Below, piece after piece: positions 52,658 to 63,935 of a stretch of 64,000 bases of DNA. The DNA comes from Octopus vulgaris (lineage: Eukaryota): the NCBI GenBank assembly GCA_951406725.2, contig OX597815.1, positions 123,566,001 to 123,630,000 of the forward strand, written 5' to 3'. The position numbers and the translations under genes were made by a program. How positions within the stretch are numbered: position 1 is the first letter of the stretch; each line of letters opens with the position of its first letter. The notes beneath the pieces are model-generated. The model had not been told where the DNA came from and ran no database searches. It was given only the letters and a program-made list of their open reading frames with translations.

Positions 52658-55600
52658 CATAAGAAAATAGGAAAAATTAAAAAAATGAAGGAACTGTTAG
52701 AAAGTTAATCATTTCAGAATACCATTGCTGCCTATTTTGAAAACAAATTAAGAAAACAAGCTGTAGACATTGTAGATATGTACACAATTACAATAATCAA
52801 ATATATTCTAAAAGCAAACAGATTTTTGTCTTTAAAAATATTGCCTAATTTATTTTCATGATAATACAACTAAAATCAATGAAGAGGAAATTTCTATTTG
52901 TATTAGTGTGAAGGATTAAAAATGCTTCACTTCTTAATGTGATAACCACAGAAATGTCTGCAGTTAAATAAATTAATCTTCATTCTGTTTACTCGGAGTA
53001 AACTAAATACAGAAACCTGATAAGGCCCTCATAAAAGAAATAGATGTGTTGGTATTATAGGAATCTTAATGAGTACAAATATCAATGATACTGTAATTAC
53101 TATATGGTGATATTTTAAAAGCCAATATTTGTAGCAACAAAGTCTCAAACTTGATCAAGTCTTGTGAAAATGCATTTTTGTATTTATTTGATGCTAATTT
53201 TTCTAATTTGTAAATTAAGAAGAAAAATTCCAAGACTTTTTGGAATGGATATTTTTTCTAGTAGAAAGCATTCTGCTTTGTAAAGGCAATTGAATAATTA
53301 AAGTAATGCGATCCTGTTAAAGTATTAAGCAGTGAAGGTGAAGGATTTATAAGATCCAGTACAGAATTAAATTAACATGATACTAATGCCTGTGTAACAT
53401 GAACTTGATTAATAATGTGAAGCAACACAATTGTTGGGGATTAAATCCAACAGCTTGCTAGCTGTAGTGACCAAGATATTAAGAGTGAGGTAATTAATCA
53501 TAAAAGCTTCCTAGGAACATATAGCTCTCATGGAAGATACACTTTCTTAATCTTATGTTAACTACAAGAATTTGCGACTTACTCTTCAGAGGTAAAAAAA
53601 AACAACTTTAGCATGAGCAACTGTAGATACTGTATTGCTCATCAGATTTATGTGACACAATTTGAGTTAAATACATCATGAACATGCAGGAGAAAGTCAT
53701 CTTTCTGACAGTCTTCAGACCATGGTCTATTACTGTACAAGGTACTCAGTGCCCTTTTTACCACTAAAACAACAGACTTTGTTGTCTCAGCTTGTTAGCT
53801 CTGCTCCATCCCACTAATACTGTACAACTCTTTGTTCCTCATCATCTACATTACCTGTAAATATTTGTGCTGACTAGACTAGACTATACGCAATACCTTA
53901 CACTCTTGGATATAATAAAATTCCAGTGAATCATTTATAAGAACCATTCCTTTCAATTATGTAGAATTTAACCTATAGTGATAAAACAAAAATTCTAGAT
54001 CTTGAAACATCATTTTCCATTAAAAAGCAAATTGTTTTTGGGAGCATGTAAAAAAAAATATAAAAAGCATAAAATAGTTCATTCATCAACTATCAGATAA
54101 GCTAGAAGCTATTTGCTCCTGTGATTAAAATGGATTCTCTACATCTTTTCTTGAAATAGAGTTACACTAATTTGCCTCGTGTTCCTCGGTTTATCCCAAA
54201 TTAAATTTGTCTGATTACAAAAAGAGCTAATAATTATTGAAAAAAGGACGAAAATTAACTTTAACTGGTTAAGAGAGCCATCTGTAAGAAAACTTGTTGA
54301 TGTGTAAAAGTTAACGTTAAAACGACAATGATTATATATATAACAGAAACAAACCTTTTCAAATTTTGAAGCTAGAATCTTAGAAAATATGATTCATTTG
54401 AAAATAAATAAATAAACTAAAAAGCAGTAAACGTGAATAGCTCTTAAAAGTTTAAATAGCCTACACAAACACACACTAGTATTTTGTAAGAAAAGAATGA
54501 TTTTAAAAATACAAATAACTGATCAATGACTAACTCTTTTTCACAAATAAGAATACTAAACAAAATGAAAGTATTAGTATTGCACTCTGTTTCGTTTTCT
54601 GAACATCGGAAAATGCTTATGTAATTTTTAAAAGAAGTAAATGTAATATGGTTCGTAAACTAGTCATCACTGGTATTGAAAAGGTTGAGAAAATGTTCTT
54701 ACACAAATTCTATGATATAAAGAAAAAACAAACCGTTTTTGTATATGAAAATATGATTATAAAAGTGGTAACCCAAAATAAGAGGTTAATGTTAAGTCCC
54801 AGGTCAGCTCTGACCGAGCAGAACTATGTTCAAAAACTTATTCCAGCTATGAATACTCAGTCTTTTCAAATATGCAAGAACCCTTTATCCAACATTTGTA
54901 GATTAAGAGTGAAGAGAGATATAACTGCTATTTCTAACCAGTGCAGTGACTCCGAAGACGTTCCCTTGTTGGTTCGAAAATAAGGTTTCCTATAGAAGTT
55001 TGAGAAAAATCCGTCTCTATATATATTCAGAGTTACAATGTTCAAGCAGTTCTTTACTCGTGCCTTTCTGATACCAAGGTGACTCTCCTAGATTGAGTGA
55101 GCATTCCGTTATAATTGGGAATCAAAGAATTAGGCTACCTATTGATCGCTAATTCAAAAGGTTTCCGGACTCCTGTTAACTAAATCAATATAAATTACTC
55201 CAGGCAAAATTAATAGAAAATTGAGAAGTCCAAGACTTTAAACAGTTCAAATTGAAAAATAACAAGAAATTAATAGTAATGTGGAGTATATTGGAGGGGG
55301 AAAAAATTCTAAGTTGATTTAGATTTGTTACTCATAAAATCCGAGCTCGTATATTTCTAAATACTTTAAAATAAGAAATTTGAAAATACAAATTGAAATA
55401 AAACGTCAACACAACACTCAATATTAAAACTAGAAATGATTCGAACACGATAAATATCGACATATAAAAGAAATAATATAGAGGAGATCAAATATGTAGA
55501 CTTACAAATATCACAGAGTAAATTTGCACGAAAATATTAGTCTATTTTAAAGTCATACTATATAACTATATCGCGGTAATTACATAAGGAAAACATCACG

Positions 55601-57078
55601 TAATTAAAATAAAGAGCTCTTAACCAAAAATACTAAGATTTCTTCAAACAACAAGCACTACTAACTGGAAAATGAACAAAATAACTTCACAATAAATATA
55701 TGGATAGATAAAATGTTAAGCATCTGTAGGGATGGAGTTCTTCATGTTTTACAAGAGATGGTTGGTGGGACAGTTTCTATCAGACACAGTACTTCATAGT
55801 TTCAACATCAAAAGAAACGAAAATGAGTGAATATAAATATAAACTTTGTCATTATCGATCGACGAATATTTAAATTAGGTTAAATGAACTGAATTGAAGA
55901 AGTTTATATTTTATATGCACGTGGTTTTTAGAATGTAGATTAAACAAATCACAAAATGAATATATTCTTTATTCTATATAACTAAATATTTGTTCCTCAT
56001 TGTGGAACACTATTTGAGAATTGTCTGAGATACAACTGAAACCTGCAAGTTGTTAGTCAGCCTGAAAGAATTTGAGAAAAATGTCTAGCTTAAATTGTAA
56101 TAACTGTTTTTGTAGTTTAGTATCTGATCCTTGTTTTAATTTAAAAACGAATATGAAAAGCTCAATCATATCAAAATAAAAGTTCGACTTTATAAACTAA
56201 AAGCTTTTAAATGCTCACAAGAAATTACTAGTGCCAATGGGTTATTGACACCGATGACTCCATTCTTGCAAGTGTTCATAAAAGAGCTATTTATTTTCAT
56301 TTTTTTCTATTTTGAACAATGAGGAGATAACATAAAAAGAACAGTCAAAACAAAAACGCCAGAGAAACGCATTTATTTATACTGGTGCTTCTATGGTGTT
56401 GGAAGAAAGAGTTTGTCCGAGAAACCTACTTGAATACGTCCCGTGTTGCCTGTAGAATACTATAATTTACGCTCGCTTTCATCGTATTGAAATAACAGGA
56501 AAAAATCACTGTAATGTTTTACTCCTAATACACAATCATTACCACCATATTTCGTATAAATGAAATTCCAGTAAGTAGTTAGTACACAAGCAGGCAACAA
56601 TTTCTTCCTTACCCCAACATTTGGCGAGAACAAGCTTTGCTTTATTACCCGGGATAGTTTTTAGTAGTAGAAACATACATGTACCATATACACATAAACT
56701 GAGGGGAAAACCGGAGAAATAAACAACACAGAGGTGGCACAGTTGCTGTTAATTAGATCTTAATTGATTTCTCGATGTCGTCTTGGTTTTAGTAAGAAAG
56801 TAAAAGTCCTTCTGTAGGTTGTTACGATCCATGAAAATAAGCAGAACTAACAGTAGCTAATCAGTATTTTAACGCAACCGATCTCTCGAGCAACAGGCTA
56901 CAAGGTTTTGGTGTATTAACATCGATATTAACATTTTAATATCAATAAAAAGAGGTGAAAATAATTTACATACGCATTCGGAAGGACAATCACGCGTCTT
57001 AACTTCTTTAGAATCCTCTGATACTTCTTCACCACTCTCCTCCTCAGATAGTCTCCTACGTCGACGTCTTTCCGCCAT
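12745..57078 (-). CDS. CASC3: CASC3 / Barentsz / MLN51 (EJC core component), 12 coding exons: join(57078-56974, 49622-49598, 48683-48634, 40334-40128, 39855-39713, 36594-36430, 34462-32922, 28968-28840, 21758-21636, 14849-14650, 13891-13766, 13071-12745); about 1046 aa
   Basis: All introns GT..AG with matching phases; total 3141 nt divisible by 3 ending in TAG. Ordered motifs match human CASC3 as I recall it: MAERRR, SEC-VSED, SDYES, ERQSGDGE, LDDDEDRRNPAYVPRRGAFYEHD, KKLWKDEGKWQHDRFREDQQAPKSREELMVIYGYDI (SELOR/Btz), EKKSYSKDRR, RPKRYSTQRQR, GGTTYY. Confidence 0.95.
13766..13891 (-). CDS. CASC3: CASC3 exon 11 (GGTTYYSTDLQQ...RRHKSAIPIIDPQ)
   Basis: cttctttcag acceptor, CAA|gtgagt donor; GGxTYY motif. 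Confidence 0.9.
14650..14849 (-). CDS. CASC3: CASC3 exon 10, Pro-rich (MFGPAPVPVSIP...PPSTHSQ)
   Basis: cttcattttag acceptor, CAG|gtaagt donor; 200 nt, phase 1 to 0. Confidence 0.87.
15662..16014 (+). mobile_element. Non-autonomous Helitron
   Basis: A|TC 5' end, CTAG|T 3' end, GC-rich subterminal hairpin ACCCGGCATTGCTGGGT, no TSD. Confidence 0.75.
18540..18870 (+). mobile_element. RTE 3'-end copy (diverged)
   Basis: Homology to 11570-12116. Confidence 0.75.
18918..19340 (-). mobile_element. RTE 3'-end copy, opposite orientation
   Basis: GCTGGATGCCCTTCCTAATGCCAACC and GGTGCTTTT subrepeats; (CAT)n tail at left. Confidence 0.8.
19990..20378 (-). mobile_element. tRNA-derived SINE, same family as 40521-40888
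   Basis: Near full-length reverse-complement match. Confidence 0.88.
21636..21758 (-). CDS. CASC3: CASC3 exon 9 (FTQGPPHIFHPEQGPP...PYTLP)
   Basis: tttgtgttccag acceptor, CCAG|gtacga donor; phase 1-1, Pro-rich. Confidence 0.8.
27600..28250 (+). mobile_element. Decayed RTE RT fragment
   Basis: LEEASFVDDLAMLS resembles LEDLDFADDLALLS; later GHILRM motif. Confidence 0.6.
28840..28968 (-). CDS. CASC3: CASC3 exon 8 (RPKRYSTQRQRNVPE...TYYSP)
   Basis: ttttttctag acceptor, A|gtaagt donor; KRYSxQRQR motif. Confidence 0.92.
30080..30665 (+). mobile_element. Mariner transposase 3' fragment (pseudogene)
   Basis: LLQQDNARPYT and AFSLDLAPSDYY motifs; contains a local ~25-bp duplication near 30463-30514. 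Confidence 0.8.
32330..32495. repeat. Degenerate ~32-33-bp minisatellite, about 5 units
   Basis: Recurring TTTGAAAACTAAT..ATACCCA.AC. Confidence 0.7.
32922..34462 (-). CDS. CASC3: CASC3 exon 7, 1541-nt low-complexity exon with RGG segment, heptad repeat and EKKSYS motif
   Basis: Contained in the 533-aa ORF 32875-34476; ttttattctag acceptor, G|gtaaat donor; phases fit exons 6 and 8. Confidence 0.88.
33493..33954 (-). repeat. Coding 21-nt minisatellite, 22 units, encoding (RD[Y/H]GDNR)n
   Basis: Consensus CGAGATTATGGTGATAACAGG repeated in exact register. Confidence 0.95.
35682..35900. mobile_element. piggyBac-type MITE family A, inserted inside a SINE
   Basis: TTAA-CCCTTTAG...CTAAAGGG ends; related copies at 45529-45736 and ~51223-51420. 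Confidence 0.7.
36430..36594 (-). CDS. CASC3: CASC3 exon 6, SELOR/Btz domain C-half (KKLWKDEGKWQHDRF...YGYDI)
   Basis: ttttgtag acceptor, CA|gtaaga donor; WxHDRF motif. Confidence 0.93.
36921..37331. repeat. ~200-bp-arm palindrome (10-nt loop), each arm carrying a Penelope-type hammerhead motif
   Basis: 36921-37121 is the reverse complement of 37132-37331 with scattered mismatches. Confidence 0.92.
37205..37290 (+). ncRNA. Hammerhead-ribozyme-like motif (type I, palindromic stem III)
   Basis: CUGAUGA 37211-17; stem II GCCAUAGGAUG/CAUCUUAUAGC; GAAA 37272-75; ACAGCUGU palindrome; GUC triplet ending 37283; A-A mismatch closing stem II and weak stem I. Confidence 0.6.
39713..39855 (-). CDS. CASC3: CASC3 exon 5, SELOR/Btz domain N-half (DDDEDRRNPAYVPRRGAFYEHD)
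   Basis: ggtctttcag acceptor, AT|gtgggt donor phase 2; hallmark Btz motif. Confidence 0.93.
40128..40334 (-). CDS. CASC3: CASC3 exon 4, acidic D/E/S tract ending ERQSGDGE
   Basis: NAGNAG acceptor (tag/cag; start 40334 or 40331), GAG|gtatgt donor; ERQSGDG motif. Confidence 0.9.
40521..40888 (+). mobile_element. Full-length tRNA-derived SINE of the family most abundant in this window
   Basis: GGCATAGGAGTGGC..TGGTAAG A box, GGTTCAGTCC B box, internal (AT)n, 3' GGCGGTGCTCCAGCA..TGACTGAAACAAGTAAAAGA; further copies at ~350-530(-), 2310-2450(+), 9590-9740(-), 20410-20750(-), 35620-36235(-), 49900-50045(-), 59830-59890(+). Confidence 0.88.
42160..42376. mobile_element. piggyBac-type MITE family B
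   Basis: TTAA on both sides, CCTTTT...AAAAGGG ends; related copies at 40923-41140 and 9948-10148. Confidence 0.7.
43240..43980 (+). mobile_element. Highly decayed RTE RT region
   Basis: MQSMYRSAVSRVRLG and YHGDQIS-like fragments; frameshifted. Confidence 0.5.
44220..44870 (-). mobile_element. Decayed RTE LINE C-terminal region
   Basis: RRTNIQIFTSLVHPVLFYSCETRTL resembles TKxxxFxxLVxPVLLYGCETWTL. Confidence 0.7.
46424..47270 (-). mobile_element. Internally deleted mariner (second family)
   Basis: TA flanks; TIR TGAGGT[G/A]GTATCAAAA..GTTCCCGGACTAGTT at both ends; MDRKLEQRANVKFC N-terminus and GIVHQEFVLQGQTVN fragment. Confidence 0.9.
47491..48480 (+). mobile_element. 5'-truncated RTE (BovB-like) LINE: RT C-terminus plus 3' UTR
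   Basis: RIRIAWAKFRKLLPLL..KGRLYDACVRTAMLHSSEIW..WYGHV..GRGR-like motifs; 3' UTR with GGCACGTAAAAAGCACC subrepeats and TTAGGAAGGGCA block. Confidence 0.88.
48634..48683 (-). CDS. CASC3: CASC3 exon 3 (EVEVSDYESVGDGKKST)
   Basis: ctaactttcag acceptor, ACT|gtaagt donor; conserved SDYES motif; 50 nt. Confidence 0.88.
49598..49622 (-). CDS. CASC3: CASC3 exon 2, 25-nt microexon (VSEDEHSD)
   Basis: tttttccag acceptor, G|gtaagta donor; bridges phase 0 to phase 1; resembles human ESEDGIEG. Confidence 0.82.
50149..50543. repeat. ~175-bp-arm palindrome of a tRNA-segment + hammerhead-bearing element
   Basis: 50149-50325 is the reverse complement of 50372-50543. Confidence 0.92.
50196..50239 (-). ncRNA. 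Minimal hammerhead-ribozyme-like motif (type I)
   Basis: ACAC-CUGAUGA-A-GGCUG gagggUAUAU CAGCU-GAAA-UAUU-GUGU; stem I ACAC/GUGU, palindromic AAUAUU stem III. Confidence 0.62.
52605..52650. repeat. (AT)n microsatellite (others at ~72-94, 18885-18918, 20379-20405, 22262-22286, 50655-50677)
   Basis: Direct observation. Confidence 0.95.
54790..54975 (+). repeat. Unclassified interspersed repeat (other copies ~8700-8895 and ~59990-60200)
   Basis: Shared blocks CATTCCAGCTATGA.. and GCTATTTCTA[A/G]CAG. Confidence 0.55.
56974..57078 (-). CDS. CASC3: CASC3 exon 1 (MAERRRRRRLSEEESGEEVSEDSKEVKTRDCPSEC)
   Basis: ATG in AAAATGGCG context; donor TGC|gtatgt; 105 nt, phase 0. Confidence 0.9.
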
Positions 57079-57300
57079 TTTAGCTGACGATTTTTACCTA
57101 ATACCACACCAACCTCGATTGTTACCGTTTGATCACGCGAGACTTATATTTCAGTGATAACTTGTATTCCGGCCTATGAGATAAGGATAACCTGACATCC
57201 ATTTTGATCAGGGCAGAACTAGTCTTACATTCTCTTAGCAGAAATTCAGACGGCGGAAAAAGAACAACAATATCCATAATGATAAAAAATACTTTGTTTT
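57072..57300 (-). promoter_or_regulatory. CASC3 promoter/5' UTR region; YY1-type motif AAAATGGCGG overlapping the start codon
   Basis: Local retention of CpG relative to the CpG-poor introns; ccgccatttt at 57072-57081. Confidence 0.5.
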
Positions 57301-58874
57301 CTACTTTAAGAATAATCATGGAAACCCATTAAAGCATAACTGCATTATTCAGTTTGAAAGTCACGCAAGAAGCCAATAGCTTTGTAATCATAGCAGAACA
57401 TATTTTTGAGGTGCTATTAGTTTGTAAAGTAAACTGAAAATTTGTATTTGAAGAATTCCCAAGAAAATTTCAGAAATTTTCTTTATACAGTTCTGATTTG
57501 GCATTTATACAATTCTGCCAGTCTCGTAATATGCTCATAAGATATGTCTATTAACTCTCAGGAATTTTACACAAATTTTATAAGAAACTAAAATAAAAAT
57601 GTTTATATCCAACTTAACAAAAAAGTTTCTAATTTTTTTTTTTTTTTACAAGTTAATATAGTTTGGATAATTTTGAAGATTTGTTGAATATGGATTAACA
57701 ACTACTGTCTTGTTGCTGTGTGACCTTTATAAAATCAAACCCTTAAGAATATAAAAAAATGTGTGTATACCTATTCAGCTTATTAATCAGATCAGTTTGA
57801 GTTCAACAAATATAAATTTAATTGAAATGAATTATCTTCAGTCTCTACTACAGTTACCACATTTATTGCATACATCAGCTGACCTAATTTATTTTATTAA
57901 ATTCTAGAATTTAAACTATGTCTGTTTGAAAACACTACGATCCATTGTAAGTGATTCTTATAAAACTTCATAGATACTGACATTTCTGGTTATAGTTGTT
58001 GCTACTATTTCCAGTCAGTTCTTTTCAAATACACTGATACTACAGACAGTTTATTGACTAAGTAAGATCACCAGCTCACCAATGTAACACTAGATATACA
58101 ATACTTGAGTCTGGTCAGACGACTCCATCATGTAAAAAGTATTTTTAGATGCAGTATGACTGTCAAGACCTCTCACATTCAGTTTACTATTCAGTCTACA
58201 CATTCAAAATTTTTTATGATGACTGCAACAGAGAGAGGCAAGCTAGATTTGGTCAGTGGGAGAGAACTGAGGTCTCTAAGAATTTATTACAGGTGCATGG
58301 CAACCTAACACAGTTTTGGCAATGATACTGGAGACAAGTTAGTGTGAGTATGCATATGTCTGTGGTTTATGTTTATCTAAATCAGACAGAAGAAGATTGT
58401 GATTTTTGGATGGTGTTTGCAGAATGATAGAATGTTCTTAGTGCATGTATGCATTTGAAAGTATTTGTACTTGCAGCAGGCTGCAGAATGAGTTTGCACA
58501 TGAAATAAACTGTAAACATGTCTCAAGCTAATCTTTCAATTGTATTTTGAATATTGTAATTAAGTTTCCCTGGGTAGGTAATCAGTGGGTGTGTGTAAAT
58601 TGTTATGGTGTAGAGACATTGATTTGTTAAGTATGGAATTTGTTACAGTGTAAAAAAGAGAAATTTTGTTCTCAGTATTAAAACTGATGGACCACATATA
58701 TTGTTTGGAAATCCCTGATAGATTTTTTTGATCAACAATTAGACTGCTGTTTAGGATATTTAATTGTGTTTTCACTTTGTCAGTTGTCTTCTAGCTATTT
58801 TATGAATGTAAGGTATCATATAAGATTTGCAGGGCTGGAGAAGTGTTTAGGGTATTAAAGTGGTCATAACATTA

Positions 58875-59212
58875 AAACAAAAGCACTCAAAGTGTGCAAA
58901 CCTCTGTCCTCTCAATGATTAGCCAGAGATGAATATTTGAAATAAATGACTGCTCCCACAAACGAGAATACTAAAAAGGAACCTGACCACTCTCAAAAAT
59001 TAAATGAAAAACACAAGAAAAGTAATACAGAATCCTTCTCTGGTACTGGATCAATCCCCAAATCCAATCAGTTTGTGCCAGTCACGAGGCCAAATATCTC
59101 TGAAAGTTTTATCCAAATCCATCCAGTGGTTCTTGAAGTATCTTGTCCACAGACAAACAAACAAGCACGACTGAAAACAATACCTTTGCTTTCACTAAGG
59201 CAGATGTAGTAA
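58875..59212 (+). mobile_element. Helentron-associated (HINE/DINE-1-like) element
   Basis: Subterminal inverted motif ACCTCTG / GGCAGATGT, AAAGTTTTATCCAAATCCATCCAG core, (ACAA/ACAG) microsatellite. Confidence 0.55.
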
Positions 59213-61639
59213 TTGACTTTTGATAACATGAAAATTATAGACTGTCCAGATACATGTCAGAATTCCTTCCCTATACTTGGTTCAAAGGAACAGGTGATAT
59301 GACATTTGTCACTATATTAACTGTATCAGAACAAAGACATAGTCCAGCCATTCATAGTCTAAGCTCTACTCCAGATTTCTTGTCATGTTTAATTTCATTA
59401 GCTTTTGCCTTGGCATTCACAGAGTAAGCTCAATATCACAAGCCAACAAAATACTTGTTTTTCAAAGTGATATAAAATGCACACACACACGCATACACAA
59501 ACTGAGTAGAGTATGTTTCACAGAGGAAGTGTAATAAAACTGAAACATGCCCATCACTTTCATCAGTTGATTTTAAAGCTGCGGTGCACTCCAGCCTGTA
59601 TCATCTTACAGCCAAAGAATTTTGATTAACTGATCGTGTTGAAGTTACCTCCCTCATTTTGTTCTTTGTAGATTTTGAACACCACCCCCCAGGAGATTTT
59701 GACTACTAATTGCTTGGATAATACTAATCATTCACATTTTTTTAACTCACTATATTACATGTATTTGAGACTGCATGTTTAAATTTTAGAGTCATGATTA
59801 TTTTTATATATTGCTTTTAAAATTGAACTAAAGGCGGTGCTCCAGCATGGCCGCAGTCAAATGACTGAAACGAGTAAAAGAGTATAAGAGAAGAAATGAA
59901 ATAACAGCTATATTTTGGTTACATAACTTCAAAGATAATGGATTTCTATGTTAAATTATTATTGCTCATAAAATATTAGACGACGTTTGCTAGTCATTGT
60001 TTAACCCCAAGTGAATTTTGAGCATACCTAGATTCAAAAGCATTTCAACTGCAATCATTGACTTTTTGTGTGGTATTTACCACTATATTATCCCATGTCT
60101 TTTTGCATTTTGAAATAGTAAGGTGTGATTTGAAAGGAGATTTGCCTGCTATTACCAGCAAGGTGAGCCACCATGCAGAGGCTCTGCCATTGACTCAAAA
60201 TGCTGTACTTCATTCAAGTTAGTGACTTATTATTAGAATTTTTTGAATATTGATCAGTTTCTTTTGGGTGTGATCATCTGAGAGTTGTCCTTAAACATTT
60301 GATCAACTATATCCTTGATACAGGACTGCTTGACTATTATAAACATAAATTTTGGCAGGTTCAATAGTTACATTGAAAAGAAAGAATACAAAAGATAATA
60401 CAACTTGCAATCATTTAGTAGTGAATGAGTGAGAGCATGACAGCATATCCACATTTAACAAATACCATAAACTATCCTGATAGCTCACCAGATGTTAATA
60501 ATTTATGTTATTGGAGAAAGTTGTAAAGAAAATATAATAGCTGGAGTTTGAAAAGAGTGGAAGAACTTTGATGATCTGTTGCTCCTGGTTGTAACAAAGA
60601 ATTAATTTTTCTTGCTATGTGAAAAGAAGAACATATGAAGCATGTCTAAGAGGTGTAATGCTGTGTGGAAGCAAAACATTGATGTTATATGTGAAAGATC
60701 TGTGAAGACTGAAGACATGTGAAGCCATAAACAGATTTATAAAGATGATAGTGATGATGATGAGGAGGAAGAGGAGGGGGAGAAGAAGAAGAAGATAGGT
60801 GTAAGAGAAGCAGGAGGACAACTGGCAAGTGAAACATAAGATACCATTGAGAGCAGTAACACTCACAGCTGGAGAAAGACATTTAAAATATTACAGCAGT
60901 ATATCATGTAGGCATAACAAACAGATACAGACAGACAGAATCTTCCATCTGAATGCAATTGTTCCATTCATAAACTAACAATTTACAACAAGTATTATTT
61001 TATGTCAAAAAATAAAAAAAACATTGATCGACTTGTTTAATGTTTCATATCTGCTTAAGAAATTACCTTTGTATACATCAGTGACATATGTTTGTCTGTT
61101 ATAGTCAGTCTGAGAATCTTCATCTGGAATGTTCCTTGCTAATGTGATGGCTTGCACAAGGATTATTGTGGAAAACTAGCAGTTGTTCTTTTCTATGTCA
61201 CTGATGTTGTCTCAAAGAAAGGCTTGGCTGATACAGTTTGGTACGAGTATTGATGCAGGTTTTGCCTTTAGAATGCAAAGAAGTGGATTAGATATATCAT
61301 GATATCCCATTGACACTCTGACAGTTCCATCAAACCTCCATTTTCGACTGGTACTTTATTTATTGTTACCAAAAGGATGAAAGGCTAAGTTGATCTTGGC
61401 TGGATTTAAACTCAATATGCATTGAATCAGAAAAATATTAACAAGTCTTTAATTTAGGTTCAGTCTAAATATGACATGAGTGGGATTGGTGGATGGAAAC
61501 TATGTATGTATGTGTGCGTGTGTGTGTGCATGCGTGTGTGTGTACATGCATGTGTGTGTGTGCATGCATGCATGTATGTGATAGTTGTAAGTGAGCACCA
61601 CTGTCATATAAATGACCACCCAAACATTACTAGGGTCTT

Positions 61640-61900
61640 ATGGTATACAGGGTAAAAGGTTGATGTTGTGGCCACTAGCATCTCCAGGTCTCAACCCTAA
61701 CAAAAAATTTTTGGTCCATCATTAAACAAGATACTTATGCTGATGGACTCCAATTTACATCGAAAGATGTGTGACCATCAAAGCTGCAGCAGACAACCTG
61801 CTACTATTAAGAAATTAACAGATTCCATGACTAATAGGGTTTTTGAAGTTTTTCATCCAAATGGTACTCATGTGGCTAAATAATTCATTATGTCTATAAA
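61640..61900 (+). mobile_element. Tc1-like transposase C-terminal remnant
   Basis: LMLWPLASPGLNP..FWSIIK resembles WPxxSPDLNPIENLW. Confidence 0.6.
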
Positions 61901-63212
61901 TGTTATGATATTATTATGGTTTTCTGTTAAACATATTCTCAATATATACTTAATATCTATCATTACCCTTCATTTTCTGAAAAAAAGACCCAAATGTCTA
62001 CATGGCCTATTTTCATTCAAAGGCTATTAGCGTGGTCCACCCAAAAACTGAAGAATCTGAAATAAAAAAGAAAGGACATTACATAGAATAATGAAAACAT
62101 AACAATGGTGTTGCCATAATGTGCACACCAGCAGGGAAAAGTTTTTTCAAAATTGATTCACAGAAAACTGAGAAATCCTAAATTTCACTCCTAAGCTAAT
62201 AGCATAGTTGTGGGTGTAGATTGATAAATATTGGATAATTATTTCATCTAAAAGGTTGCCTAAGCACAGGTAGCCAGAACACAACTATTTTTGATGTGTC
62301 AGAGGTATAGCATTATGGGAGTAAGGAAGGATGTTATCACCTGAGCATAAGTAAGAAGGGGGTCTAAATTTCCTTTTGTTTATCATACCAGTTAATTAAG
62401 GTGTGGTGACAAAATTGTCCAGGTTCCCAACAAATGCTGAGAATCTTTACCATGCTACTTGTCTCTGTTTATCTGTGTGTGGATGTGCGTGACAAAGACC
62501 AAAATAGCAGTAATTCCCAATTCTCATTACTAATATTGATAAAAAAAAAAGTAAAAGGCTGCATCAGTAATTTGGTTTCATCACTGAATTGGAATTGATT
62601 TTCTTGTTTCATTATTATCTTAAGAAAGACATTGGTATCACACTTCCCAATGCCTTCATATATTCCCTAGTAACTATATCTCAAGTTGCTTGTATGTTTT
62701 TCATACACATGAATTTTTTCAACTGAAACAAGTTACTTGCTCCAGCTTGTTGCCATAATGACAAACAATATCTTATGATGTTTCAAATGAATGAATAGTT
62801 GTACAGTTTCATTCTCATATCTTACAATTATTATCTTATTTCTTCTCTTACATTAATTTTTTTTTTAAATGTCCACTCTTATCAAGTTACTAATGAAGAA
62901 ATCTTGAAATGAATAACTGTAAAATGCTTATTAGCAAAGAAAAGGTGAGTGAGAAAAAATGATAACAATAATGATGATGGTGATGACAATGACAATGACG
63001 ACAAACTAGGTGAGCTGAGATGAATTGGGTTAAGCTAAATGAGTTGTTCATGGCCATAACACTTCCATTGTAAAAAAAAAAAGAAATCATCATCATAAAC
63101 CATGATAATGTTAGGATGAAAAAATGATCTAATCTGTCTTTATGTGACATCAAGAAATGTAGGAGACCTTAATAAATCTTGCACTTATACCATGTTATTT
63201 CTCTCTACAAAA

Positions 63213-63345
63213 ATGATGGTGGTGGTGGTGGGGATAGTGGTAGTGGTGATGGTGGTGGTGGTGGTGATTGTTGCTGTTGTCATCATCGTTTTTGTGATGA
63301 TGATGTTGATAATGATGGCATTGATGACGATGATAACAACAATGA
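63213..63345. repeat. Compound (GGT)/(GTT)/(GAT)/(AAC) trinucleotide low-complexity tract
   Basis: Direct observation; accounts for the ORFs at 63144-63524. Confidence 0.85.
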
Positions 63346-63464
63346 AAGCTGCTGTGGTACTAAAGCGGTTACCAAAAATGATGACCAGTAAGTGGGATAT
63401 AGGATATCATCAGAGCAGTAACTCTAACAATACTTGTGGAAAAGCATTTGAAATATTGTTTTCA

Positions 63465-63671
63465 ACTCTTGGCACAAGGCCAGAAATTTCTGGGAGGAGG
63501 CTAAGTTGGTTACATAGAGCCTAGTGCTCAACTGATACTTATTTTCTCAACACTGAAAGGATGAAAGGCAAAGTTGATCTCAGCAGAATTTGAACTCAGA
63601 ACTTAAAGACAGATGAAATACCACTAAGCATTTTGCCTGACATGCTAATGATTCTACCTGTTCACTACCTT
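63465..63671 (-). mobile_element. tRNA-derived SINE with Nin/Deu-like core
   Basis: GAGTTCAAATTC B box then TTTGCCTTTCATCCTTTC..ATAAGTA core; decayed copies at 45790-46270, 49020-49270, 61345-61440. Confidence 0.75.
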
Positions 63672-63712
63672 AAAGAATTTGAAATATTACATAGATGTCA
63701 CAAATAGTCTTA

Positions 63713-63935
63713 AATAATAATAATAATAATAATAATTGTGTACAGTGCTCAGGTGCACTACAACTCATCTAAAGTGTATATATAATCAGGTGTAGTTTCG
63801 GCGGATTTCGGAAAGCATGAGGGCCTTAAAAGATGCAGTGTCATGGCAGTCAACAACTGACACAGGCAGTTTATTCCATGCTTCAGCAACTCTGAGCATG
63901 AAAAAATGTTTCCGAAAGTCATGGGAGCTGTATTG
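63713..63935 (-). mobile_element. CR1-like LINE 3' end with (TTA)n tail
   Basis: SSHDFRKHFFMLRVAEAWNKLP resembles the RxxFFSxRVxxxWNxLP motif. Confidence 0.75.

Noticed and set aside
60615-60900. Acidic D/E-coding purine tract as an exon of a divergent gene
   Set aside because: Stops nearby, no convincing splice sites, no recognisable protein; low-complexity repeat
63144-63524. Val/Met-rich and Gly/Asp-rich ORFs
   Set aside because: Translations of trinucleotide microsatellites
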